Positions 49,093 through 58,833 of a stretch of 64,000 bases of DNA are shown here, one piece after another (the stretch's first letter is position 1; each line of letters starts with the position of its first letter). The notes under the pieces were generated by a model that made no database searches, was not told the origin of the DNA, and was given only the letters and a program-made list of their open reading frames with translations. This stretch comes from Salinispira sp. Its GTDB lineage: Bacteria; Spirochaetota; Spirochaetia; DSM-27196; Salinispiraceae. The stretch covers positions 1 through 64,000 of the forward strand of contig OZ271918.1 in NCBI GenBank assembly GCA_965602015.1, in the 5' to 3' direction. A program made the translations under genes and the position numbers.

Positions 49093-50439
49093 TCAAGGTA
49101 ACGTCGCTTGCCACTCTGCTTCGATATTTTCCATCTGAGTTTGTGTCATTTCCGTAATGGACTCAATCCTGATGAGCGCATATCCGTAATCGGTCCGGAC
49201 TCCGAACACCTGACCGGGAACCGCCTCGAGGGTGACACCCCAGTTCCAGCCGTAGGCAGCCTCAATTAACTGAGAGCTTAAATCGAAATCTTCGGTCAGC
49301 GGGTCACTGATGCCTGCCTCAGTCAGGTCCATAATCCGACCGGCATTTCCAACTGTGTACGCCATGGTTCGAAAGCTCGCAGTGAAATCGTCGTAGTAGC
49401 TATTCATTCTGAAACCGATTTCCTGCTGCGAATCGAAGTAATACTCATTGAGTCTGTCGGCTAAATACGGGTCGCCAATGCTGTCATAATAGTAATCGGC
49501 CAAATTATAATCGGTAAAATCGTAGCGGCTGACAGTGTTTATCTCGTTGCCCGATGAAAAACCGCTTCCTGCGGAGAAATTACCGTCGGCGGAAGAGAGG
49601 AAGCTAAAACCGATAATGCGGTTTGCATACAGATTAAATTGACCTAAATCTACGCTGTTCTGGCCATGCAGGGATTCATATTCAATTTCTTCCTGGCCTT
49701 CATTGTAAAAATTTTTTTTCACATAAAAGCTCAACCAATCGGAGTTGGGCAGATCGGCTTCTCTCTCAATGGTATGAATACTTTCGAGGGTTTCTGTGAA
49801 ACCGGTGGCGGACAGGTTGTCCGGCGAATTATAAACCGTATACCCGTAAGAGGAGTTTTGATTCACATGATGATAGGCGGTTATCTGAAATTTGTAGTCG
49901 ACAAGGGGATTTCCCTGATCATCGACGGCAGTTCCGCTGAAATCAATAGACCGCCCATTGGAACCGCTCTCCCAGTGCCTGATGGTTTCCCGGTAAAGAA
50001 AAATGCTGTTGACCTCATCGACTACTTCGTAGGGCGTGCGGGTGTCCATATTCACTTCCCGATACCACGGCTCTACTTCCTTTATAAGACCGAGGGCCGA
50101 ATCGCCTGCGGAATTTAGAAAGTCCAAGGTGACAGTGTTGCTGCCGTAGGCGCTGAGATCGACCCAGGCGCTCCACTCGGTGGTACCGGTGACATTCGAA
50201 TTTCCGGCTTCCATTTCGACATCAATTATCCGGTCATCACCATCATTGGTGACCCGAAGGGTAATCGGACCGGCTGGAGTGATGTCGTCGATGGTGATAA
50301 TTTCAATATCGAGCCGGGAGTTTAGGGGGAAGCTGCTCGGCTCGCTGTCGTCAATGGGCGCCGGTGGAAGCAGGTCACATGAAGCCATGATAGCGACAAT
50401 TAAGCTTAGTATTATTATAAAGAATAATGCTTTTTTCAT
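49093..50439 (-). CDS. Hypothetical lipoprotein
   Basis: MKK + hydrophobic core + MASC lipobox; AGGAG RBS; acidic beta-rich mature part. Confidence 0.75.
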   Translation of the reverse strand: MKKALFFIIILSLIVAIMASCDLLPPAPIDDSEPSSFPLNSRLDIEIITIDDITPAGPITLRVTNDGDDRIIDVEMEAGNSNVTGTTEWSAWVDLSAYGSNTVTLDFLNSAGDSALGLIKEVEPWYREVNMDTRTPYEVVDEVNSIFLYRETIRHWESGSNGRSIDFSGTAVDDQGNPLVDYKFQITAYHHVNQNSSYGYTVYNSPDNLSATGFTETLESIHTIEREADLPNSDWLSFYVKKNFYNEGQEEIEYESLHGQNSVDLGQFNLYANRIIGFSFLSSADGNFSAGSGFSSGNEINTVSRYDFTDYNLADYYYDSIGDPYLADRLNEYYFDSQQEIGFRMNSYYDDFTASFRTMAYTVGNAGRIMDLTEAGISDPLTEDFDLSSQLIEAAYGWNWGVTLEAVPGQVFGVRTDYGYALIRIESITEMTQTQMENIEAEWQATLP

Positions 50440-50582
50440 TAAAATCTCCTTTACATGTGGGAATTATATGGCGAGTTATGAGATATGTCTAAAAGTACAT
50501 CCGGATTATTTGTAAATTTCATTGGCGATATAATACGCTATTTGATATCTTTTACCACAGTTAACTATACAGGAGCAGTCGC

Positions 50583-51053
50583 ATGATTCTCGACATTCTT
50601 ATAAATCTCGCCATTGTAATTGGCGCTGCCGTAGGCATGGAGTTCGTCGCGTGGTTTACCCACCGGTACATTATGCACGGCGCCTTGTGGTCACTCCACA
50701 AGGATCATCATCATCCTCACAAGGGGAAATTCGAAAAGAACGATTTATTCGTTATTTGGTTCGCCACTCCGGCGGTTGCGGCTCTGGTTATCGGCATCAA
50801 TCAGATGATATGGCCCCTGATATCCGCGGGCATCGGCATAACCCTTTACGGAATCGGCTATACGCTTTTTCACGATATCATGTTCCATCGCAGGATAAAG
50901 TGGATAAAGATTCCCCGAAATAAACCGTATTTCAAGCGCATCATCAACGCACACAGGGACCATCACAAAACCCTGGAGCGTTACCCTTCCGAGTCGTTCG
51001 GATTCCTCTGGGCCCCGAAAAAGTACGATAATTACGATCCCAAAAGTACGTGA
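50583..51053 (+). CDS. crtZ: Beta-carotene hydroxylase
   Basis: MEFVAW.THRYIMHG, HKDHH, FEKNDLF, HDIMFHRR, HRDHH, SFGFL His-boxes. Confidence 0.9.
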   Translation: MILDILINLAIVIGAAVGMEFVAWFTHRYIMHGALWSLHKDHHHPHKGKFEKNDLFVIWFATPAVAALVIGINQMIWPLISAGIGITLYGIGYTLFHDIMFHRRIKWIKIPRNKPYFKRIINAHRDHHKTLERYPSESFGFLWAPKKYDNYDPKST

Positions 51054-52492
51054 TATACGATATCGCAGTAATCGGCGGCGGCCCCGCGGGGCTTACGGCT
51101 GCCGGGCGCTGCGCTGAGTACGCCGAGGGCGTATCCGGCTCGTCATCCGCTGCCGGTCCGTCAATCCTTCTCATCGAGGGGAATCCTGCTCCCGGCAAGA
51201 AACTCCTGCTCACCGGCGGGGGTCGATGCAATATAACCAATGCCGGGGGCGACCCCCGTGAGCTTGCTTCGCGCTTCGGCAGCGAGGGAAGGGCTCTGAT
51301 TTCCCCGTTTACCAGATTCAGCGCGGAGGATTGCCGAAGATTTTTTTCCCGTCTCGGTCTCGAGACCAAGGTCGAGGCTGAGTCCAGGGTATTCCCCGTG
51401 GATGACTCGGCTGCATCTGTGCTCGCTTCCCTGATGAAATACTGCAAACATCCCATGATTCGCACGGTGACTTCTTCCCGGGTACGCTCCATTACCCGCT
51501 CCGGGGCTTCGGATTATTTTTGCCTGGAATTTCAGGGCGGAGATAGTCGGAGCGCGTTCAGCCCGGGCGCTGATGGCCCGGGTGCGGGCAGTCAGGGGGC
51601 AGGCAGTCCGCAGGCGGGTTCGAGTGCGGATGGCCCGGGTGTGCGAACTGTGAACGCCCGGCGGGTAATCCTGGCGACCGGCGGGTTCGCCCGGCCGGAT
51701 ACGGGTTCCGACGGTTCGGGTTTCGCCTTGGCCGAGAGCCTCGGGCACCGCATCAACCGTCCGGACGCCATGCTTGTTCCCGTCGCCGTCAGGGAAAAAA
51801 CGATTTCTTCCCTCATGGGAGTGTCCCTTCAGGACTGCGGCATCCGCGTCCTGCTGTGCTCCGGAGCTGACCCCTCCGCTGACGCCCGGGTGCTCGAACG
51901 CAGCCGCGGCAAGGTTCTGTTCACCCACTTCGGCCTGTCCGGACCGGGCATCCTGAATCTCAGCGGCCGCCTGGGAGAACTCGAGCAGCAATGGCGCAGG
52001 GAACTCTCCGCCGGCGCCCGCCTGGTCATCGAACTCAATCCCAACCCGGACTTGAGCGAGGATGAGGCCGATGCCCAGATTCGCCGACTCTGCGCAGAGC
52101 ATCCGAAAAAACTCGTGGGAAATCTCACCGGGCGGCTTTTGCACCGCAGATATCATTTTTTGTTCGGCGACGACCTTTCCCGGATCCTTGGAATACGAGC
52201 CGCCGACCTGACGAAGGGGGACCGGCGGGTCCTGGCAAGGGCCTGCGTAGGTATTCCCCTTACATTCAAAAAACGCATGCCTCCTGAAGATGCCATCGTT
52301 TCCCGGGGGGGCATTCCCATCGACCAGGTCGACTTCCGGACCATGGAAAGCAAGCGCTGCCGGGGACTCTATGTAATCGGCGACATGCTCGATATTAACC
52401 GTCCCAGCGGCGGTTTTTCCCTTCAGCTTTGCTGGGCCAGCGCCTGGGTGGCCGGGGAGTCCGCCGCTGCCTCGGTCCATGCAAAATCCTAG
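51050..52492 (+). CDS. HI0933/BaiN-like flavoprotein
   Basis: IGGGPAG, GKKLLLTGGGRCNITN, RVFP, ATGG, LFTHFGLSGP, TMESK, GGFSLQ. Confidence 0.9.
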   Translation: MIYDIAVIGGGPAGLTAAGRCAEYAEGVSGSSSAAGPSILLIEGNPAPGKKLLLTGGGRCNITNAGGDPRELASRFGSEGRALISPFTRFSAEDCRRFFSRLGLETKVEAESRVFPVDDSAASVLASLMKYCKHPMIRTVTSSRVRSITRSGASDYFCLEFQGGDSRSAFSPGADGPGAGSQGAGSPQAGSSADGPGVRTVNARRVILATGGFARPDTGSDGSGFALAESLGHRINRPDAMLVPVAVREKTISSLMGVSLQDCGIRVLLCSGADPSADARVLERSRGKVLFTHFGLSGPGILNLSGRLGELEQQWRRELSAGARLVIELNPNPDLSEDEADAQIRRLCAEHPKKLVGNLTGRLLHRRYHFLFGDDLSRILGIRAADLTKGDRRVLARACVGIPLTFKKRMPPEDAIVSRGGIPIDQVDFRTMESKRCRGLYVIGDMLDINRPSGGFSLQLCWASAWVAGESAAASVHAKS

Positions 52493-52523
52493 GCAATACC
52501 TCATACTGTGGGCAGGAGGGCAT

Positions 52524-53177
52524 ATGAGAAATACCACAATGGCTCGGGGGCTTAGCCGCTTTGCGGCGGGCATGGGCATCGCGCTATTTATCCTGGCATC
52601 GGCATCCTGCCTCGATGTTGTGCAAACCATCGAAACCCAGGGGAACACCACCACAACCCAGCTCAAAATCACCTTCAGCAAGGCGCTGATTGAGGGCGGG
52701 GCGGCGATGTCCGGCGAAGAGCCGGATTACAGCGATCTCCCGGATTTTACCGGCGAAGACGGCCTGGTTCAGACCGTAATTCCCGGAGGCAAGGTTGAAG
52801 TGGTTCAGGTGAATAATGATTCGGATATCGGCGTCCTGGTAAACGCCAGTTATACCGCCGGAAATTTAACATCATTGTCGGCGGAAGACCGGGCATTTTT
52901 CCCCCTGGTCGAGGCAAAGCGCATTGAGATACTTCTGCCTCCCAACGACGACGCCGGTGAAATGGATGAGATGGCCGCAATGTTTTTCGGATCCTCGAAA
53001 TACCGCATGCTGATTCAAAAGAGCGCCGGCCGACACTCCATAAGCCGAATACTAATAGACGGCGAGCCCGCCGATCTCCCCGTGCTGGAAATGGAAGACG
53101 TCCTGTTGATCGAGCTGCCCCTGTTGACCTGGCTGGCTGCCCGGGATGTTTTGCCGGTGGAAATTTTCTTTGATTGA
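52524..53177 (+). CDS. Hypothetical lipoprotein
   Basis: AGGAGG RBS; signal ending ASASC. Confidence 0.7.
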   Translation: MRNTTMARGLSRFAAGMGIALFILASASCLDVVQTIETQGNTTTTQLKITFSKALIEGGAAMSGEEPDYSDLPDFTGEDGLVQTVIPGGKVEVVQVNNDSDIGVLVNASYTAGNLTSLSAEDRAFFPLVEAKRIEILLPPNDDAGEMDEMAAMFFGSSKYRMLIQKSAGRHSISRILIDGEPADLPVLEMEDVLLIELPLLTWLAARDVLPVEIFFD

Positions 53178-53207
53178 GCGTTCAGGAATTCAATTGTATA
53201 GTGATAT

Positions 53208-53534
53208 GTGATGAAAACTATCAGGATTTTCTATTTCAAAGAAATGACCGACGAACAGCAAAAAGAACTTCTGGATCGCCGGCTCGAGGAAGTTATGGCC
53301 GAAGGCAAGGTCAATCTCCTCACGGTGATCGAAGAGGGCGGTAAAACGAACCATGTTAAAAACCACCAGCAGCGTCAGTTTTCCAAGGCCGCGGGACCAT
53401 ATGTGGAAAAATCCGCGGTGGTGGGAGCCAAGGGAATGATCAAAGTCGCTGTGGCAGGGGTGAAAATGGTTACCGGCCGGGAGATCAGGGCATTCGACAG
53501 CGAGGTCGATGCGGTCAGGTGGCTGGACTCATAA
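53208..53534 (+). CDS. Small STAS/SEC14-like hypothetical protein
   Basis: KSAVVG...F.SE.DAVRWL pattern. Confidence 0.6.
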   Translation: MMKTIRIFYFKEMTDEQQKELLDRRLEEVMAEGKVNLLTVIEEGGKTNHVKNHQQRQFSKAAGPYVEKSAVVGAKGMIKVAVAGVKMVTGREIRAFDSEVDAVRWLDS

Positions 53535-54389
53535 ACATTCGCCGTCTATTGCCGCGAGCCGGTCCTTGAGGTAGTTACTGAAGCTGATTTTCGGCACGCC
53601 CTTGGCGGGCTTCGCCTCGATGCGCAGCTCTTCACCGGTTGCCGGGTGTTTGACGGTTCTCGATTTCTGGGCTTCGCGTATTTTGCGGTAAAACCTTCCG
53701 ATTTTTCCCATGGGCACCGACTCGCCCATGAGCATGCCGGTTTCAACCATGGTGAGGTAGTCATCGACAATGAGCCGGGCCTGGTTTCCCGTCAGGCCGT
53801 GCTTTTTCGCCAGATACCTGGTCATGGACTTCATGGTAAACTGATCGGGAATATTTTCCTGGCCTTCGGACAGATCCCTGTTGAATTTCATAAAGCCGGT
53901 GGTCACATAAATGCTTCCTTCCCGTATGAGCCGGTCCTGCTGATCCTTTTCCAGATCTTCCGGGCAGACCGCCAGACGGTACACCGGACTGGTTGTGCTT
54001 ATTCTCGAGTTAATGAAAACTATGGGGTGGCCGCAGCGCACCTCGCCGGGGAGGGAAATCATCTGGTCCGCAATTATATCCGGAACATCGGTGCGAAGCT
54101 TAATGGCCGAGTATTCGAGCCATTTGCCGGCGGTGTCGTCGTTGTCCGGTCCGACGGCCAGCAGGGAGCCCGAATAGCTCAGGGCCATAAAGCCCCTGCT
54201 GTCTCCGGCGGGAAGCACATCGCAGATTTCCAGCCCGCTTTGCCGTGCGTGGAGCTCGAAGAGGGATTCCTTCCTCTGCCAGACTCCGGCCATCAGTTCC
54301 AGAAAGTCCCTGTCGCCCTGTTTTCCCGCGTCCGCCGCAAGGGCCGTCAACTGCCGCTGTATTTCTCCAGATAGCTTTTCATATGACAT
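53529..54389 (-). CDS. Unknown N-terminal domain fused to a C-terminal HU/IHF-like DNA-binding domain
   Basis: C-terminus LAKKHGL...GESVPMGKIGRF....R.VKHPATGEELRIEAK...PKISFS..LKD is HU-like; N-terminus is paralogous to 54537-55061. Confidence 0.85.
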   Translation of the reverse strand: MSYEKLSGEIQRQLTALAADAGKQGDRDFLELMAGVWQRKESLFELHARQSGLEICDVLPAGDSRGFMALSYSGSLLAVGPDNDDTAGKWLEYSAIKLRTDVPDIIADQMISLPGEVRCGHPIVFINSRISTTSPVYRLAVCPEDLEKDQQDRLIREGSIYVTTGFMKFNRDLSEGQENIPDQFTMKSMTRYLAKKHGLTGNQARLIVDDYLTMVETGMLMGESVPMGKIGRFYRKIREAQKSRTVKHPATGEELRIEAKPAKGVPKISFSNYLKDRLAAIDGECL

Positions 54390-54536
54390 ACTATGCTCTC
54401 CCGACACTAACAATAGTTCGAAAACGCAGTGTTTTCAATAATTTTTTCAAAAGATACCGAAAAATATGGAACTTTATGGAAAGGGGCGATAGAATCACCA
54501 TCGCAGCTGCAATCACACGGTATCAGGAGAGAAAAA

Positions 54537-55061
54537 ATGAGTGTACAATTTGACGAGCTTGCCCCGGAAATTCAGAGTCACATCAGGACCCTCGCCAAGC
54601 AAAACGGCGGCGGAGATGAAATGATCGAACGGCTCGCCGACGCCTGGCAGGAAAAGTTTCGGCAGTTCAGCGGGAAAACCGCTGAAGGCAATATGGAGGC
54701 TCTGGATCGCCTGGAGGTGGATGACAGCAGGGGGGTGTTGATGCTTACCTACTCCGGTTCCCTGCTTTCCGTGGGCCCGGACTCCGATGACGGCCGGAAG
54801 GTCGATTACGTCAGCATCGGGCTTCGAAGCGATGTGCCCGAATCTATCAGCGGGGAGGCGGTGAGCTTCGCTGCAAGCCCCGAATGCGGCAGGCCGGTAG
54901 AGTTTACCGCCGGACCTATCAGCAAGAGTTCGCCGATTTTTGCCATGGCTGCCACAGCGGTGGACGCCGGTGAAGAAGAAGCCCTGGAACAGCTCGAAGA
55001 GATGACGAGGATAATCAGCGATGAGTTCGCTGAAATCAATAAAACGATAATTCAGGAGTGA
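54537..55061 (+). CDS. Hypothetical protein, stand-alone paralogue of the HU-fusion N-terminal domain
   Basis: AGGAG RBS; DSRGVLMLTYSGSLLSVGP vs DSRGFMALSYSGSLLAVGP; LRSDVP vs LRTDVP. Confidence 0.8.
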   Translation: MSVQFDELAPEIQSHIRTLAKQNGGGDEMIERLADAWQEKFRQFSGKTAEGNMEALDRLEVDDSRGVLMLTYSGSLLSVGPDSDDGRKVDYVSIGLRSDVPESISGEAVSFAASPECGRPVEFTAGPISKSSPIFAMAATAVDAGEEEALEQLEEMTRIISDEFAEINKTIIQE

Positions 55062-55067
55062 TGCGCC

Positions 55068-56081
55068 GTGGAACGAGCCGAATTGAATCAACTGGAGCAG
55101 CAGCTGACGGAACGGGCCCGACTTTCCGGGCTTCCCGACCGGGTTGAGTTGGGCGGGCTGCTGGCCCAGGTGAACGGAATACTCAATTCGGAACCCGAGG
55201 ATCTCCGCCCGGCGGACCGCAGAGGTCTGCCCGGCGGCCTCGTCCTTCTGCCGGTTGCCCAGTATTACCTGGTGGTTCCCGATTTGCACGCCAGGAAGGA
55301 TTTTTTCCTCCAGGTTTTACTGCATCGCGCCGCCGGAGTTAATTCGGTGCTCGCCGACCTTGCGGAGGGCAGGGCGGTTGTGATTTGCGTCGGCGATGCG
55401 TTTCACTCGGAGCGCCGGGCCTTGAAGCGCTGGCAGGCGGCGTTTGGTGAATACATCAACGAGTTCGCCGAGCATAGGCACATGGATGAGGAAATGGCCG
55501 AAAACCTCGGCCTCCTTCAAATGATCGCCATGGTCAAGCGAGCCTTCCCCCGGAGCTTTCATTTCCTGAAGGGTAATCACGAGAACATCGCCAATGAACG
55601 GGGTGAGGGCAACTATCCGTTTATGAAGTTCGTCCGGGAGGGCGACATGGTCAAGCGATGGATGGACATGTTCGCCGGGCCCGATGTGCCCGACCTGATA
55701 TACCGCTGGGAAAAATCCCTGCCGCTTATGGCCGCCGGGGAGGATTTCCTGGTGACCCATGCTGAGCCCGGAAGGGCCCTGGAGAGGAACGAGGTCATAG
55801 ACGCCTATGGGAACCCCGAGGTGATCTACCTTCTCACCTGGGTGGGAAACGACGAAGCCGAACCCGGTTCGGTACGGAAAACCCTGGAAAACATCATCGG
55901 CCGTGGGGCCGACGGGCGGATTTTCGGCGGCCACAGACCGGTGAGCGACCGCTACGATCTGCGGCAGGACGGCCAGTACGTCCAGATCAACACCCCGGAC
56001 AATCATGTGGTCGCCAGATTTTCTACAATGAATACCTTTGATCCGGAGACCCAGATCTACCGGATACTCGGAGGTCAATAA
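55068..56081 (+). CDS. Calcineurin-like metallophosphoesterase (putative protein phosphatase)
   Basis: PDLH, VGD, KGNHE, VTH, GGH metal-binding motifs. Confidence 0.88.
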   Translation: MERAELNQLEQQLTERARLSGLPDRVELGGLLAQVNGILNSEPEDLRPADRRGLPGGLVLLPVAQYYLVVPDLHARKDFFLQVLLHRAAGVNSVLADLAEGRAVVICVGDAFHSERRALKRWQAAFGEYINEFAEHRHMDEEMAENLGLLQMIAMVKRAFPRSFHFLKGNHENIANERGEGNYPFMKFVREGDMVKRWMDMFAGPDVPDLIYRWEKSLPLMAAGEDFLVTHAEPGRALERNEVIDAYGNPEVIYLLTWVGNDEAEPGSVRKTLENIIGRGADGRIFGGHRPVSDRYDLRQDGQYVQINTPDNHVVARFSTMNTFDPETQIYRILGGQ

Positions 56082-57886
56082 TGGCAACGGCTCCGAGCCA
56101 GATAGACAAGTATCCGGTCAAGCAGCAGGTGGCCAGCGGCGGCATGAGCGCCGTGTACCTGGGCAGCCACCCAACCCTCGACAGGCCGGTTATTCTCAAG
56201 AAACTCACCCTCTCGGGAGACAAGTCCATTACCGAACGCTTTCGGCGTGAGGCCAGGCTTCTGATGGATTTCCGGCACGACCACATCGTGGATGTGTTTG
56301 ATCACTTCGTAAAAGGCAGATCGCACTATATCGTCATGGAATATGTGGACGGCATGTCGGTCAAGGAGCTCATCGAGTCCCAGCGCTATCTGGACGCCCC
56401 GGTAGCGGCGTACATCACCCTGATTACCTGCCGGGCCCTGGAGTATGCTCACCGCAAGGGCGTGGTCCATCGGGATATCAAACCGGCGAATGTGCTGTTA
56501 TCCCGGGACGGGGAAATCAAGCTCGCGGACTTCGGCATCGCCAGCGGCGGCGGGGGAGATGAAACCCTCACCAGCGACGGCGCCACCCTCGGCACGCCGG
56601 CCTACATGGCACCCGAGCAGTTCAGCAACTCCCGAACCGTTGACTTCCGCGCCGACCTGTACTCCCTGGGGGTCATGCTCTACGAGATGCTCTGCGGGCA
56701 GAAGCCGTTCCCCGGGGGGTTTACACCGGAAGTAATTCAGGCCATCCAAAAGGGACGCTATATTCGGCCGGGAAAACACAACCCTTCCATTCCCCGGGTG
56801 ATCAAAAAGCTCATACGGCAGCTCATGCTGCCGTCCAAGGACCGGCGCCTGAGCCACATGAAACGGATTCAGGAGCGTCTGGAGCGCTTTCTCAGCGCCT
56901 ACGACGGGGAAGCTGTGGTGAGCAGGCTCGGTGCCCTGGTTCGCAATGAGGAACCGACGGTCCTCGGCAGGCGGCGCCGGCCCCGCCCCCTTCTTCGCTG
57001 GGGAATCGCGGCGGCGGTCCTCCTGCTCGCCGGCCTAATCGGGGGATACGCAGCAATCACCGATGTCCATCGCGTGCTGCTCTTTCCCGGGGAGTACGGC
57101 AGGCTTCGAATAGAGTTTCAGGGAAACCGCGCGCCGGTTAGCAGCATCTTCGTCGATGACGGCCGGGAGATACCCCCGGTGCCGGCGACGGTCCGTTTTA
57201 TTCCCCAGGGCGACTGGCAGGTCTCCCTTCCCCTGGTTCTGCCCGAGGGACAGTACCGCATAAAAACCGAAAGCGGGGACCGGGTGGTGTGGAACAGCAT
57301 TTACCTGCCCTCTGCGGCCCGCAGGAGCGAAGGCAGGAGGGTGTTTATTGCCGCCGAAGAGCCCGTCGCCCGGGAATTAACGGTTCGCACCGAGGCGGCG
57401 GATATAAGCCGGGGCGGCCGGGTTAACGTGGAGGTCATAACCGAGGTGTTGCAGGGCCGAGCCTTTATTCCCATTGATCGGGCTGAATCTCTCATGAGCG
57501 GAGAAGTGCACCATTTTCGCATCCGCGCAGAGGGCTATTTTACCCAGGAGTTTGTGCTGCGCATCGACACCAGACAACGGGATGTGGTGCTGCGGGCCGA
57601 CATGGTGCCCCTGCCCGGTGAGCTCAGGGTCGCCTTTCCCGTGGGGAACCGGGATTTTCTGTTCCGTATCGACGGTGACAGCAGGGCGATGATCGTGGAA
57701 GCCGGCGCAGTCCGCCGAACCGAGCTGAATCTTGAGGCCAGGGACCGATATCCCCTGCTTCCCGGAAACTATGAACTGTTCATTTCCGGAGACGGGTGGC
57801 AGCAAAGCATCCAACTGGAGCTGGCGTCCGGCGAGAACCGGGTTCTTTTCATCAATCCGGCTGCCTCAACGGCTGAGTTGAGATAG
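56081..57886 (+). CDS. Hanks-type Ser/Thr protein kinase with TM and PEGA-like extracytoplasmic region
   Basis: SGGMSAVY, ILKK, HRDIKPAN, DFG, GTPAYMAPEQ, DLYSLG; one TM. Confidence 0.95.
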   Translation: MATAPSQIDKYPVKQQVASGGMSAVYLGSHPTLDRPVILKKLTLSGDKSITERFRREARLLMDFRHDHIVDVFDHFVKGRSHYIVMEYVDGMSVKELIESQRYLDAPVAAYITLITCRALEYAHRKGVVHRDIKPANVLLSRDGEIKLADFGIASGGGGDETLTSDGATLGTPAYMAPEQFSNSRTVDFRADLYSLGVMLYEMLCGQKPFPGGFTPEVIQAIQKGRYIRPGKHNPSIPRVIKKLIRQLMLPSKDRRLSHMKRIQERLERFLSAYDGEAVVSRLGALVRNEEPTVLGRRRRPRPLLRWGIAAAVLLLAGLIGGYAAITDVHRVLLFPGEYGRLRIEFQGNRAPVSSIFVDDGREIPPVPATVRFIPQGDWQVSLPLVLPEGQYRIKTESGDRVVWNSIYLPSAARRSEGRRVFIAAEEPVARELTVRTEAADISRGGRVNVEVITEVLQGRAFIPIDRAESLMSGEVHHFRIRAEGYFTQEFVLRIDTRQRDVVLRADMVPLPGELRVAFPVGNRDFLFRIDGDSRAMIVEAGAVRRTELNLEARDRYPLLPGNYELFISGDGWQQSIQLELASGENRVLFINPAASTAELR

Positions 57887-57918
57887 GCCAAAGACGAAAA
57901 ACCAATAAGGAATGTGAT

Positions 57919-58812
57919 ATGACCTTAACGATACGAAGATTAATCTATGTTCTTGCAGGGGTCCTGGCGGGAATACTGGCCCTGGGCGCCGTGGAGTCGG
58001 TTTTGCGTTCGGCCATCGGAAATTATGCAGTCTCCACCATTCTCCAGGGAGCGGTGATGGGGGCCTCCTTTGGTCTGGTGTTCGGATTATGCGACGGATT
58101 TTTCTTCTCGTCCTTAAAGCGCCCGGAAGTAGCGGTGAGATTTCCCGCCGCTCTGCTGACCATGGCGGCGGGAACCGGCGGCGCAGCCCTGGCCATTCTC
58201 CTTTCAGCCCAGCTGCTGCTGCTTTTTACCGGGCTTGGCAGCTCGGGGTTTCGCAATACTCCGCTGATTTTCGCCCAGATTCGGGGGTTCGCCTGGATGA
58301 TTCCCGGCGGGCTCATCGGCGCCGCCCAGGGTTTTATCCGGCGCAGTCCCGCCCGGGCTGCCGGAGGGGCTTTGGGCGGCATGGCCGGGGCTTTTCTCGG
58401 CGGGGCGGTTATGGAGCTGGCGGGAATCCTGATGCCGGCAAATATCTGGCTGAGGGCAGCGGGATTCGTCCTCATGGGGGTCTCACTGGGGTTCGCCCTT
58501 GGCTGGTTCGAAGCCCGGTTTGCCTACGGAAGGCTCAAAGTACTCAGCGGAGCGGCTAAAAATCGGGACCTGCTGCTGGTCGACCGCAGGCTCAGCCTCG
58601 GCAGCGGCAAGGGCGATCAATTGGCATTTTCCCGCTACGATGACCTGCTCCCCAGGCATGCCATCCTGCACCGCCAGGGCGACGACGTATTTATTGAAAA
58701 ACAGTCGGGCCCGGTTTCGCTGAATGTCAGGGAAATCGACCAACGCCATCTGCTTCGTTACGGCGACGTCCTTGAAGCCGGCGGCCTTCGGCTGCTGTAT
58801 CTCCCCCGTTAA
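57919..58812 (+). CDS. Multi-TM membrane protein with C-terminal FHA-like domain
   Basis: About 6 Gly-rich TM helices; LSLGS...PRHAIL...LRYGDVLEAG. Confidence 0.8.
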   Translation: MTLTIRRLIYVLAGVLAGILALGAVESVLRSAIGNYAVSTILQGAVMGASFGLVFGLCDGFFFSSLKRPEVAVRFPAALLTMAAGTGGAALAILLSAQLLLLFTGLGSSGFRNTPLIFAQIRGFAWMIPGGLIGAAQGFIRRSPARAAGGALGGMAGAFLGGAVMELAGILMPANIWLRAAGFVLMGVSLGFALGWFEARFAYGRLKVLSGAAKNRDLLLVDRRLSLGSGKGDQLAFSRYDDLLPRHAILHRQGDDVFIEKQSGPVSLNVREIDQRHLLRYGDVLEAGGLRLLYLPR

Positions 58813-58833
58813 GGCAAGAATCCGGAGGATTAT

